From: an uncultured bacterium | Lineage (GTDB): Bacteria > Krumholzibacteriota > Krumholzibacteriia > JACNKJ01 | Assembly (NCBI GenBank): GCA_964627205.1 | Contig: CAZVHI010000040.1 | Location: 1 to 31,997 of the forward strand | Direction: 5' to 3' | Length of the DNA stretch: 31,997 bases | Part shown: positions 16,209 to 24,982 of the stretch, in pieces | Layout: each line of letters begins with the position of its first letter | Numbering within the stretch: position 1 is the stretch's first letter | Notes under the pieces: model-generated | Told to the model about the DNA's origin: nothing | Databases searched by the model: none | What the model saw: the letters and a program-made list of their open reading frames with translations, nothing else | Program-made: the position numbers and the translations under genes

Positions 16209-17366
16209 ATGCGCCGCCTCGGAACCCTTCTCGTTCTGCTCACCCTAGCCGCCACGCCGGCCAGCGCGGCGCCCGAATCCTGGGAGAGCCTGACCGATTT
16301 CGAGGCCCGCTGGCGGCAGTTCCGCCTGGACCTCGCCGATCTCGACCGCGAGGAGCGTCTGGCGGAGGCGGCGCGCTTCTTCGAGTCCGTCCCCTGGGAA
16401 CAGGTCCGATTCTACTGCTCTGGCGAGGCCGGCCCGGATCTCAGCAACTTCCTCGGGGGTATGGTCGAGACCAAGCTTCGCTTCCAGCCAGTGAACCTGG
16501 GCGTCCTGGCCGATCTCGTCGGCGACGCCGACACCGACGCGGGCTGCCAGCGGGCGGCCGTCAAGTTCATCTTCGTCCATGCCGACTCCTTCGCGGCACT
16601 GCCCGGCGTCTCTCACCTCGCTCGGGCCTTTCTCGACCTGGCCGATTCCGGGAAGCGCAGTGCGAAGATCGGCCGCGAGTTGGAGCGGGGCGCCGCCGCG
16701 CTCTGGGCCGGCGACGAGCTCATGCGCAGGATGATGAGTCACGGCCGCGCGGGGGAGTTCCGGGAGACGAAGCACGGCGTGAAGATGCTCGCCGGCTCCT
16801 GCGACCCGCGCGCGACCGACTCCCTGGCCGTGCTCTGCCATGAGCTCGCCGACGAGGGGGGCTACGACCGGACCGTCGGTTTTGGACTGCAACGCCTGTC
16901 CGAGAAGACCGGCGGCGAACACTTCGACTTCTTCGTGGAGCTCGCCGAGGAGTCGGCGGACGATCCCATCGGCGAACTCCACCGCGCGGCGCTCAGCGCC
17001 ATCGGCGGAAGCGGGGATCCCCGCGCCTATCCCATTCTCCTCGCGGAGTACGACGACGAGGAGACCGGTATCGTGGCTGCCACGGGCGAGATCGCCGACC
17101 GCGATCTCCGCAGTCGTTACTGGAGCCTCTGGTTCGCCGTCCGCCTCGCCGAGCCGGGCATGATCGAGGTCCTGGGGACTGGGGACCCGGTGGCCGTGCA
17201 GGCCGTCGAGCTCCTCGACCGGGCGAGCCGCTTCGGCCTGCCGGACACGCGGGAGGAGATCTGTCTCGCCCTCGAGGCCTGGGGAGAGCGGCGCGGCGGG
17301 GGGTGGCAGGAGCGTATCTCTTTGATAGTAAATCGCTTCCGGTCCTATCCCGATCCAAGGCAATGA
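16209..17366 (+). CDS. Secreted hypothetical protein (385 aa), signal peptide, alpha-helical and acidic.
   Basis: AGGAGG 4 nt upstream of the ATG. N-terminus MRRLGTLLVLLTLAATPASAAP is a signal peptide. No domain recognised. Confidence 0.6.
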   Translation: MRRLGTLLVLLTLAATPASAAPESWESLTDFEARWRQFRLDLADLDREERLAEAARFFESVPWEQVRFYCSGEAGPDLSNFLGGMVETKLRFQPVNLGVLADLVGDADTDAGCQRAAVKFIFVHADSFAALPGVSHLARAFLDLADSGKRSAKIGRELERGAAALWAGDELMRRMMSHGRAGEFRETKHGVKMLAGSCDPRATDSLAVLCHELADEGGYDRTVGFGLQRLSEKTGGEHFDFFVELAEESADDPIGELHRAALSAIGGSGDPRAYPILLAEYDDEETGIVAATGEIADRDLRSRYWSLWFAVRLAEPGMIEVLGTGDPVAVQAVELLDRASRFGLPDTREEICLALEAWGERRGGGWQERISLIVNRFRSYPDPRQ

Positions 17367-17418
17367 GGCCCGGCCTGCCCGGATCCGCTTCGATGATTCA
17401 GGACCCGCTTGTAACAAA

Positions 17419-17448
17419 TTGATGCCGCCCCTCGGGTTGTGTTAAAAT
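17419..17448 (+). promoter_or_regulatory. Candidate strong sigma70 promoter TTGATG-N18-TGnTAAAAT (extended -10) in an AT-rich island upstream of the 17521 gene.
   Basis: Locally AT-rich (~45% GC over 17400-17520 versus ~69% around it). -35-like TTGATG, extended -10 TGtTAAAAT, and AAGGAG SD 10 nt before the ATG. Confidence 0.45.
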
Positions 17449-17520
17449 CGAACCTGAGTTTTCTCGAGAAACCTCATTTCGTCTCAGTTTGACATCACTA
17501 GCTCAAGGAGTATCAATAAC

Positions 17521-18300
17521 ATGAAGAAGGTTATCGCAACATTGGCAATGGTCGCGCTGTTCGCTGGCGCCGCCATGGCTGCCGATATCGCGAAGGATCC
17601 CGCGGTCTACGTCGAGGGCGTCTACACGCCGGGCGACGATATCAACAACCGCGGTGACGTGGCCGTCGTGGGTCTCTACGAAGGCACCTTCACCGACCTC
17701 AGCGGTTACTACCTGACCGGCTACAGCAACGCCGGCTACACCCCGGATCTGTTCCTGGATCCCCTGGGCGGCGTGGACTACAGCAGCTTCCTGCAGGTCC
17801 TGGTCAGCACATCCGACAACTGGTGGGGCACCGACTTCGGGACCGAGATCCCGGTTCTCGCTGCCTACATGGACGGCGGCGGCCGCTGCATCGTCGTGGG
17901 CCAGGACTGGCTCTACGGCAGCGGCGACTACGGCTTCGCCTCGACCTACCTCGGCATGGCCGGCGCCGTCGAGGATCTGAACTACGGCGACGAAGGCATG
18001 ATGGACTGGACCGGCACAGCCGGTGGTCCGCTGGACGGCCTGGCCGACAGCCTGCTGCCCTGCTTCGAGGCGAACCCCTGGTTCACCGACATGGTCGATC
18101 CGTCGGCTCAGGGCCTCGCGATGTGGGGCACCCCCATGGCGCCCGGCCCCCAGGAGGGCGGCTGCGCCGCCACGACGGGCATGCTCTCCACGGTGGAGTT
18201 CGGCTGTGGGAACATCGACGTCGTCGGCAACCTGGCGGCCTGGTTCACTCCGACGGCCACCGAGGAAGCCAGCTTCAGCACGCTCAAGACCCTGTACTAG
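17521..18300 (+). CDS. Secreted Gly/Asp/Tyr-rich hypothetical protein (259 aa) with signal peptide. C-terminal tail ...STLKTLY.
   Basis: AAGGAG SD. Signal peptide MKKVIATLAMVALFAGAAMA. Followed by a textbook terminator. The C-terminal LK[ST]LY tail is shared with the 870..1436 protein. Confidence 0.7.
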   Translation: MKKVIATLAMVALFAGAAMAADIAKDPAVYVEGVYTPGDDINNRGDVAVVGLYEGTFTDLSGYYLTGYSNAGYTPDLFLDPLGGVDYSSFLQVLVSTSDNWWGTDFGTEIPVLAAYMDGGGRCIVVGQDWLYGSGDYGFASTYLGMAGAVEDLNYGDEGMMDWTGTAGGPLDGLADSLLPCFEANPWFTDMVDPSAQGLAMWGTPMAPGPQEGGCAATTGMLSTVEFGCGNIDVVGNLAAWFTPTATEEASFSTLKTLY

Positions 18301-18333
18301 TCTCGAGTACAGCGTCGCGAGTTTCGATACGGG

Positions 18334-18370
18334 AAGAGGACTCCGCCTCGCGGAGTCCTCTTTCTTTTCG
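18334..18370 (+). terminator. Rho-independent terminator: AAGAGGACTCCGC-ctc-GCGGAGTCCTCTT followed by TCTTTTCG.
   Basis: Perfect 13-bp stem, 3-nt loop, T-tract, 34 nt after the stop at 18300. Confidence 0.85.
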
Positions 18371-18459
18371 CCCAGACGATCGTCGCGCGGCGCCGCGGTG
18401 GCTTTCGTTTCCCGCTGCGCCGTCGCGAACCTTCCGGCGCACACTGTGTTCCCGAATCC

Positions 18460-19032
18460 CTAGCCCGCGTCCTCCTCCCGCAGCGCACCGCAGCGCGCGC
18501 TCCAGTAGAGGATCGCCTCCGCGAATCCCCGCGCGCTGTAATCGCAGGGCGTGCCGCCCGGCCGTCTCAGGTAATTACGGGCCATCGTCAGCGGGCGCAT
18601 GGGCTCGTCCGCGCGCGGCCCGGCCTGGATGGAGACGACCTCCCAGTCGAAGTCGCCGCTTTGCTCGCCATCGTTCTCGAGCAGCGTCGCCGCGCTGTAG
18701 AGGACGACCGCCGCGTGGCGCGCCGGCTCGGGCCGGGCGTCCGCCCGCACCTCGATGTAACCCTCCTCGTGGGCCTGGCGGCGCGTGAAGGCGGCGCGCA
18801 GGGGCGTGTCCTCGTCCACCGACACCGTGCCGCAGGTGAAACGCTCGGGCGGCAGGGGCACGATCACCACCTTCTCGAGATCGTCGCGGCCCGCGCCTGG
18901 CGCGCGCGATTCCCAGTGTTCGCGGACGAGCGCGATCAGCTCCTCGTCGCTGCCGGTGAAGTGGCTGCGGCCGCTCCCCGGCCGGTAGCGCTCGCGGGCG
19001 AAGCGGCTGAGACCGATCGTCGCCTTCGTCAT
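18460..19032 (-). CDS. Hypothetical protein (190 aa), last gene of the minus-strand lipoprotein/exonuclease/patatin operon.
   Basis: ATG at 19032 with GGAGAGAGA upstream, 44 nt after the patatin gene's stop. No recognisable motif. Confidence 0.5.
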   Translation of the reverse strand: MTKATIGLSRFARERYRPGSGRSHFTGSDEELIALVREHWESRAPGAGRDDLEKVVIVPLPPERFTCGTVSVDEDTPLRAAFTRRQAHEEGYIEVRADARPEPARHAAVVLYSAATLLENDGEQSGDFDWEVVSIQAGPRADEPMRPLTMARNYLRRPGGTPCDYSARGFAEAILYWSARCGALREEDAG

Positions 19033-19076
19033 GTCTCTCTCCGTTCGGAGGTGGGACCTGCGCGCATGGCAGCTTG

Positions 19077-20006
19077 CTAAGCGCTTTCCTTGAAGAAAGC
19101 GCGGCGCAGCGTGCGTCCGATGCGCCCGCTCAGGCTGCGACGCGCGCGCAGCGCCTTGCGCAGCTCGGGGAGGGCGGCCCGCATCGCCTCCACACCGGTT
19201 GCGCGGATCTCGTCGGCGGCGCCGAAGTTGGCCCAGTGGAATTGACCCACGTCGGGCCGGATCACGAGGTCGGCCTCACGGAGGATCATCTGGTTGAGCC
19301 GGTTGCGCGCGATGGCGTCGCTGCGCATGAGCACGTCGAGGCCGGTCTTGAACTCGTCCTTGTTCGGCGAGAAGGATGGGATGTCGACTGCGATCACAAA
19401 CTCCGCGCCCAGCTCGTGGCAGACGCGGACCGGCACGCGGTAGGGACCGCCGCCGTCGATCAGCAGCTCGCCGCCGAGGGGCAGGGGCGGGAAGACACCA
19501 GGGATGGCTCCGCTGGCGTAGATGGCGCTGACGAGGTAGCCCCGCTTGAACACGCGCGGCTCTCCGCCGCGCAGGTCCACGGCCACGCAGGCGAAGGGCA
19601 GCTTCAGCTCCTCGATGCTCTCGGTGCTGAAGAGCTTGCGCAGGGGCTCGAAGAGGGTCTCCGCGCTCTGCTGCGAGGGCGAGCTGAAGGTCTTGAAGGT
19701 GAGGATCTTTTTCTGAAGGGAGCGGCGGAACTCGCTGAAGAAGCCCCGCTCCTCTGTCATGGCGGTGTCCTCGATGAAGGGCTCCCAGCACGCCTTGAAC
19801 TCGGGATCCTTCGTGTAGGCCCAGAGCTTGTCCGCCACGACGGACGCGTCCATCTGCTCGGCGTAGAGGGCGCCAACGATCGCGCCCATGCTGGTGCCGG
19901 CAATGCAGCCGGGGACGAGGCCCTCGTCCTCGAGCACCGAGAGGACGCCCACGTGGGCCAGACCCCTCGCGCCGCCGCTGCCCAGCGCCAATCCCGTTCG
20001 ATTCAT
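19077..20006 (-). CDS. Patatin-like phospholipase (309 aa).
   Basis: GSGGARG (oxyanion Gly-rich loop), GTSMG (GxSxG nucleophile elbow) and IDGG (catalytic Asp, DGA/G motif). Internal ATG at 20006 with AAGGAGG upstream. The track ORF's 47-aa N-extension overlaps the upstream gene and lacks an RBS. Confidence 0.8.
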   Translation of the reverse strand: MNRTGLALGSGGARGLAHVGVLSVLEDEGLVPGCIAGTSMGAIVGALYAEQMDASVVADKLWAYTKDPEFKACWEPFIEDTAMTEERGFFSEFRRSLQKKILTFKTFSSPSQQSAETLFEPLRKLFSTESIEELKLPFACVAVDLRGGEPRVFKRGYLVSAIYASGAIPGVFPPLPLGGELLIDGGGPYRVPVRVCHELGAEFVIAVDIPSFSPNKDEFKTGLDVLMRSDAIARNRLNQMILREADLVIRPDVGQFHWANFGAADEIRATGVEAMRAALPELRKALRARRSLSGRIGRTLRRAFFKESA

Positions 20007-20073
20007 CACTGGCTTCCTCCTTGCCGCGTTTTCCGTCGCGCTGGCTCGCAGCGCGGCCGGCAGGGCGACTCTC

Positions 20074-20949
20074 TCATCGCCATTTTCGCACGAAGGGCAG
20101 GATGTGCGAGAAGCCCAGCTCCGCGAAGAGCGTCTCGCAGCGCTCACGCGAGGCGCCGTGATACTCCAGCTCTGCGGGTCCCGCGTCCAAGGGCAGGTTC
20201 CGCTCGAGGAGCACGAGCCGGCGGGAGAGAAAGGCGCTCTCGCGATGCTCCTCGAGGCGCTTGGCCACGCCCTTCGCGCCGCGTATGGGCAGCTCCGGCA
20301 CCTGCTCCAGCGAGTCGTAGACGCCGTCCAGCGAGTGCAGGGACTCGAGCAGCGCGGAGGCGGTCTTGGGCCCCACGCCCCTCACGCCCGGAACGTTGTC
20401 GCTGCTGTCCCCGGTCAGCGCGAGATAATCCACCATCTGCTCCGGCGTCACGCCGAAGCGGCGTTTCACCGTGCGGGGCGTGAAGCGCCGGCTGCGCGAA
20501 GGGTCGCTGACCGTCAGGCGATCGTCGACGAGCTGGGCGAGGTCCTTGTCGCCGGAGATGATGGTCACGGTCATCCCCTCAGCGCGGACGGTTTCTGCCA
20601 GGGTGGCGAGCACGTCGTCCGCTTCGTAGTTCTCCATCTTGAAGAGGGCGAGGCCCAGAGCTTCCACCAGGCTCTCGCACTGGGCGAACTGGGGTAGCAG
20701 GGCGGGGGGTGTCTCGTCGCGGTTCATCTTGTATTCGGGGAAGATCTCGTTGCGGAAGCTCTTGGGCCCCGAGTCGAAGACGATGCCGATGTGACTGGGG
20801 TTCTCGCGCGCGAGCAGGCGGAGCAGGAAGTCGACGAAGCCGAAGCTCGCATTGGTGGGCACGCCTTCGGGACTCGCACCCTCCGGGTTGGAGTAGAAGT
20901 AGCGGAAGATGTAGGCCATGGCGTCGACGAGGATGACGTTCGCTTCCAC
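20074..20949 (-). CDS. 5'-3' exonuclease / flap endonuclease (Pol I N-terminal-domain-like, ExoIX/Xni-type), 291 aa, GTG start.
   Basis: N-terminus NVILVDAMAYIFRYFY (conserved LLxDGxxLxxRAxxA-like start of 5'-3' exo), acidic metal-binding cluster ENYEADDVLATLA...ISGDKDLAQL, and the H3TH region DNVPGVRGVGPKTASALL. GTG with AGGAG 5 nt upstream. Starts 8 nt after the upstream lipoprotein gene's stop. Confidence 0.8.
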   Translation of the reverse strand: MEANVILVDAMAYIFRYFYSNPEGASPEGVPTNASFGFVDFLLRLLARENPSHIGIVFDSGPKSFRNEIFPEYKMNRDETPPALLPQFAQCESLVEALGLALFKMENYEADDVLATLAETVRAEGMTVTIISGDKDLAQLVDDRLTVSDPSRSRRFTPRTVKRRFGVTPEQMVDYLALTGDSSDNVPGVRGVGPKTASALLESLHSLDGVYDSLEQVPELPIRGAKGVAKRLEEHRESAFLSRRLVLLERNLPLDAGPAELEYHGASRERCETLFAELGFSHILPFVRKWR

Positions 20950-20956
20950 TGCGCTC

Positions 20957-22756
20957 CTAGGGGCTGACGTACCACCACGTGATGTTCTCGTGCAGCACTT
21001 GCTCGTCGTATCCGCCCATGCCGTCGTAGTTCTCGCTGTGGCTGCGCACCTGGAGCACGCCCGCGCCCGGAGCGACCCAGAACGTGTCCACGCCGCTCGA
21101 CAGCCGGATGGCCTCGAAGACCTCGCGCCCGACCGGGATGTCCGCCCAGATCTCGTACTCCAGCTGGAGCTTGGCGCAGTCGCGGGTGACCGCGCTCATC
21201 GGCGGCGGCTGGCGCTCGCCGGCGAAGGGGAAGCGCGGCGCGCCGTCGCCCTCGCCGAAGAAGTCGAAGGGCAGATCCTCGAAGCCGAGCATCTCGACCG
21301 CGTAGTCCAGGTCGCCCGTGATGCCGAGGCCCACGTCCATGACCGAGGAGCCGCTCCAGGACTGGCCGGCGACTGGCGGCAGGCGGAGCCAGTCGACAGG
21401 CGGGTCGAACCACTGGTCGATCCAGATCGGCTGGCTCGCGGGGAAATAGTCCGTGTACTCGCCGAATCCCCGAAGGCGGATCGCGTTGCTGAGCTTGCTG
21501 TAGTAGTTCTTGCTTGCCAGCGTCAGCTCCCGCCCGTAGCTGACGTGGTAGCGGCTCAGGGAGAAATTCGTGCCGGCGAAATCCTCGACGCGGTCCTCGA
21601 AAAAGTCCGGGAACTCACGGCCGCCGCCGTCCTCGACCATGTACTCGAAGCCAGTCCAGACGTCGTGCGGGTTCGAGGGGAACCAGTCGACCTGGCCCGC
21701 GATCTCGACCGACCACTCGGGCGGATCTTCGCTCAGGTTACCGGCCTGGTCCTCGAAGGGACCGAGGTCGACGAAAATCTCGGCGCCCAGCGGCAGGTCG
21801 AAGAGCGTAATCGTCAGCGCGCTGAAGTCTTCGTTCCAGTCGATGTCCTGGCCGGCCATGGCCATGATGAAACGCGTGTCGATCAGCATCGGATTCACCG
21901 TGCCCGGCTTGACCGGCTCCGTAAAGCTGATGCCGACCGTGCGGATGTCCGCGGGCACGTTCGTGGAGCCGCTGGTGGGGTTCCAGGTGTCGACGGCGGG
22001 CGGCGTGTCGTCGGTGGCGCTGCCCGTGGTGAAGCTGAAGCTGAATTCCTCGGGCAGGGTCTCGCCGTTCGCGGCCTGCGCCGCCGTGCTCACGGTGATG
22101 GTGTACCGGGTCTCGGCCGTCATGTCCTCGCCGAGATCGAGTGTGGCCTGATGCGTCTGTTCGTCCCAGAGCCAGGTGACGTCGAAGGCCACGGGCGGAT
22201 CGATGGAGAGTGCCGCCGCCGTCGCGAATTCGCTCATCTCCTGGTTGAAGTTGATCCAGGGATTCGCGTTCAGCGCGACGCCGGTGTCATCGACCTCGGG
22301 ATAATGGCGCAGCACCTCCGGCCAGGCGACGTGCGTGGTGAAAGACAGCGTCCAGGCCTCCGCCAGGCTCACGCCGTCCGCGCTTCGGGCGCTCGTGCCG
22401 ATGTTCACCGTGTGCTCGGAATCGTAGGCGAGGGGGTTCGTCGGCTCGATCCAGAAGACGGTGCCCATCCAGTTCCAGTGGAAGGGGATGTCATCGCGCG
22501 CGCCGCCGGGGCCTGTGAAGCTCGTCGCCGCCTCGACGCTCGCGCGGTCCATGGGCTCGCTGAAGATGATGACGATCCCGGGCTGTACTGCGACCTGGAC
22601 GGCGCCGTTCTCCGGGCTGCTCTGGAGCACCTCCGGCGGTTCGGGCGGGGTGGGATCGCCGCCGCCGCTGCTATCGCTGCATCCGCCGAGCACACCCGCC
22701 GCTGAGAGGCCCAGGATGAGTCCGAGTGCGAGCGAGCGTGGGATCCGTTCCAGCAT
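20957..22756 (-). CDS. Lipoprotein (599 aa) with three SbsA-type bacterial Ig-like (Big_5) domains and a C-terminal beta-rich domain.
   Basis: ATG at 22756 with AGGAGG upstream. Lipobox LGGC after a hydrophobic N-terminus, then a Gly/Ser/Pro linker. Three copies of the Big_5 pattern (P.nG...v.....i.i.FsEPmd..S): SSPENGAVQVAVQPGIVIIFSEPMDRASV, YPEVDDTGVALNANPWINFNQEMS and TWNPTSGSTNVPADIRTVGISFTEPVKPGTV. Confidence 0.7.
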   Translation of the reverse strand: MLERIPRSLALGLILGLSAAGVLGGCSDSSGGGDPTPPEPPEVLQSSPENGAVQVAVQPGIVIIFSEPMDRASVEAATSFTGPGGARDDIPFHWNWMGTVFWIEPTNPLAYDSEHTVNIGTSARSADGVSLAEAWTLSFTTHVAWPEVLRHYPEVDDTGVALNANPWINFNQEMSEFATAAALSIDPPVAFDVTWLWDEQTHQATLDLGEDMTAETRYTITVSTAAQAANGETLPEEFSFSFTTGSATDDTPPAVDTWNPTSGSTNVPADIRTVGISFTEPVKPGTVNPMLIDTRFIMAMAGQDIDWNEDFSALTITLFDLPLGAEIFVDLGPFEDQAGNLSEDPPEWSVEIAGQVDWFPSNPHDVWTGFEYMVEDGGGREFPDFFEDRVEDFAGTNFSLSRYHVSYGRELTLASKNYYSKLSNAIRLRGFGEYTDYFPASQPIWIDQWFDPPVDWLRLPPVAGQSWSGSSVMDVGLGITGDLDYAVEMLGFEDLPFDFFGEGDGAPRFPFAGERQPPPMSAVTRDCAKLQLEYEIWADIPVGREVFEAIRLSSGVDTFWVAPGAGVLQVRSHSENYDGMGGYDEQVLHENITWWYVSP

Positions 22757-22903
22757 CGCGATTCCTCCTGTAAGGGGTCTGCAGCCCGCCGATGGCGCCT
22801 TCTTGCTACTCCGCCTCCTGCCAAGCACTTGTTACCATGGCCGAGAAATACGGCTCGAGCAAGGACTCAGTTGCCATGACATCAGGGCCGCCGGGGCACG
22901 TGG

Positions 22904-23167
22904 TCAAGCTTGCCTGGTTCTCTTCTGCTGGAAGAGATTGTAGAGCAGCGCGAAGATGGCTCCGCCGATCAGGGCGTCCACAAAGCCCCACAGCAGACCG
23001 ATGAAACTGCCCGCGGGGGAGATGCTGTAACCGCGGTATAGCCGCCCGAGAAGGGCGGCATCGCCGATGGCTCCATCGAAGGCCATGATCCACCAGGTCA
23101 GGAGGAAGAGGCCGATCCCCCAAAGAAGTCCGCATGACAGCGCAAATGCTTTGACATCGAGTTTCAT
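22904..23167 (-). CDS. Small membrane protein (87 aa, 2 predicted TM helices), hypothetical.
   Basis: Internal ATG at 23167 with GGAAGGG 7 nt upstream. Hydrophobic segments LLWGIGLFLLTWWIMAF and FIGLLWGFVDALIGGAIFALL. The 70-aa Arg/Pro-rich extension in the track ORF is rejected. Confidence 0.5.
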   Translation of the reverse strand: MKLDVKAFALSCGLLWGIGLFLLTWWIMAFDGAIGDAALLGRLYRGYSISPAGSFIGLLWGFVDALIGGAIFALLYNLFQQKRTRQA

Positions 23168-23321
23168 GATTTGCCCTTCCGTGAATTCTCGCCGGGCATC
23201 TGCCTTCCATCCGTCCCCCGGCATCGCGGCGGCCGGGAGAGGGGAGCGCGCTGCCCGACCCCCGACCGGCCGTCCCGCTAGGGGAGCGGCCGGCCCGGGG
23301 CCGGTGGGCCGCCGCCGGAGA

Positions 23322-24455
23322 TCAGGACTCCGAGGGCGGATCCGCGGGCGCGTCTCCCTTGGGCGCCACGCCAGCACCCGGCAGCTCGCGGTCGAAGGCG
23401 GTCAGGCCGCCGAGGGCACCGAGGCCCATGGTCTCCACGGCCGTCGAGGGCACGATGATCATGCTGCCCTTCTGCTTCAGGCCCTCGAAGACCATGTTCA
23501 TGGCCCTGAGGTGGAGGGCCACGGGGTTGTCGCGGTAGGCCTCGCTGGCCGCGGCGAACTTCTCGGAGATCTCGGTCTCGGCCGTGCCGAGGATGACCCG
23601 GCTCTGCCGCTCGCGCTCAGCCTGGGCCTGACGGCTCATGGCATCCTCCAGCGCCTCGGGGATGATGATGTCCCGGATCTCGATGGACTGGATCGTGATG
23701 CCCCAGGGATCGGTCTTGCGGTCGAGGACCTTCTGGATCTCCTGGCCCACCTTCTCGCGGTGGGAGAGCATGTCGGACAGGTCGTGCCGGCCGATGGCGT
23801 CGCGCAACGCGGTCTGCGCGCTGAGGATCACCGCGTCCACGTAGTTCTCCACCTCGAGCACGCTCATCTTCGCATCCCAGACCAGCCAGAAGGCGATGGC
23901 GTCCACGTTCACGGGCACCGTGTCCTTCGAGAGCGTGGTCTCGGCGCGGAAGTCCGTGGCACGCACGCGGTGGTCGATGAACAGATCCACGCGATCGATC
24001 AGCGGCAGGATCATGAAGAAGCCCGGGCCCTTGAGCGCCTTGAAGCGCCCCAGACGCAGCACAACGCCCTTCTCCCACTGCCTGGAAATCTGGATCGAGG
24101 CGGAGACCAACAGGCCCAGGTAGCCGCCGAGGTGCATCCAGAGCAGCGGGACATCGCGGAACGCGAAGCGCAGGATCACCCAGTAGAGCACGCCGAGGGC
24201 GATGACCTTCTGCCACTTTGGAACCGCCGTCAGGATTCCGCCCATGATCACGGCCGCCAGGACGGCGAGGATCTCGGGCCTGACGAACATCCACGCGTGG
24301 CGCGGGACCTCCTGCCGGAGCTGCAGCGCAGCCCCGACGGACATGATCAGGATCAGCACGAAAAGATTGAACGCCCCGAAGCGGAAATCCGGCTTCATCG
24401 GGATCCTCCACTCGTGGGCATGACCCGTGGCGATCTTCTTGGCTAGCTTGCTCAT
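23322..24455 (-). CDS. SPFH/band-7 (stomatin/HflKC-like) membrane protein, 377 aa.
   Basis: N-terminal TM helices followed by an SPFH core (VVLRLGRFKALKGPGFFMILPLIDRV...TLSKDTVPVNVDAIAFW...) and a coiled-coil-like region (SRQAQAERERQSRVILGTAETEI). ATG 24455 with GGAAGGAG upstream. The start codon overlaps the stop of the GntR gene (TGATG). Confidence 0.75.
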   Translation of the reverse strand: MSKLAKKIATGHAHEWRIPMKPDFRFGAFNLFVLILIMSVGAALQLRQEVPRHAWMFVRPEILAVLAAVIMGGILTAVPKWQKVIALGVLYWVILRFAFRDVPLLWMHLGGYLGLLVSASIQISRQWEKGVVLRLGRFKALKGPGFFMILPLIDRVDLFIDHRVRATDFRAETTLSKDTVPVNVDAIAFWLVWDAKMSVLEVENYVDAVILSAQTALRDAIGRHDLSDMLSHREKVGQEIQKVLDRKTDPWGITIQSIEIRDIIIPEALEDAMSRQAQAERERQSRVILGTAETEISEKFAAASEAYRDNPVALHLRAMNMVFEGLKQKGSMIIVPSTAVETMGLGALGGLTAFDRELPGAGVAPKGDAPADPPSES

Positions 24456-24856
24456 CACGACTCCTTCCTGACGCTAGGGAGACGCTCGGTCAGCTCGGAA
24501 TGCAGATCTCCCGCGCCGAAGCCGAACTCGGCCGCCTTGGACAGGAACTCGCCTACCAGCTCTCGCAGCTTCGCGCTGCGCACGAGTTCGTCTTCCGGCA
24601 GCTCCGCGTCGGATATGAAAGTGCCCTTGCCCCGCAGGGTATGGACGACACCCGCACGCTCGAGCTCCGTGTAAGCGCGAGCGGCGGTGTTGTAGTTGAC
24701 GCCCAGATCGACCGCCAGCTGGCGCACCGTGGGGAGCTGGCTGCCGGGGGGCATCTGCTTGCCGGCCACGCCAACCTTCACCCAGTCAACGATTTGCCGG
24801 TAGATGGGCAGCCCGCTGGCGGTGTCGAGGGTCAACTTGGGGGGTCCGTTCTTCAT
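24455..24856 (-). CDS. GntR-family transcriptional regulator, short YtrA-like subtype (133 aa).
   Basis: Winged-HTH signature PSERQLAxxLGVSRxTVxxAYxxL matches GSQLPTVRQLAVDLGVNYNTAARAYTELERAG. Short C-terminal domain. ATG 24856 with GGAGAGAG upstream. Translationally coupled to the SPFH gene. Confidence 0.75.
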   Translation of the reverse strand: MKNGPPKLTLDTASGLPIYRQIVDWVKVGVAGKQMPPGSQLPTVRQLAVDLGVNYNTAARAYTELERAGVVHTLRGKGTFISDAELPEDELVRSAKLRELVGEFLSKAAEFGFGAGDLHSELTERLPSVRKES

Positions 24857-24894
24857 CGCTCTCTCCGAGGGATATAGAGAAATGTTGTTATAGA

Positions 24895-24922
24895 GTATTA
24901 GTACAATAGAGATAGATGTCAA
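24895..24922 (-). promoter_or_regulatory. Candidate sigma70 promoter (minus strand) TTGACA-N16-TAATAC for the GntR-SPFH operon, overlapping three CTCTAT(A) direct repeats (possible operator).
   Basis: The minus-strand sequence reads cccTTGACAtctatctctattgtacTAATACtctataacaacatttctctatatcc, within an AT-rich 70-nt stretch. CTCTAT occurs three times at 16-20-nt spacing between the -35 and the SD. Confidence 0.4.
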
Positions 24923-24982
24923 GGGAGAAATCCCTCGACGGGGGTCGGAGTTCGGGGTTTGGGAGCCCAGGGGATTTGGAGC

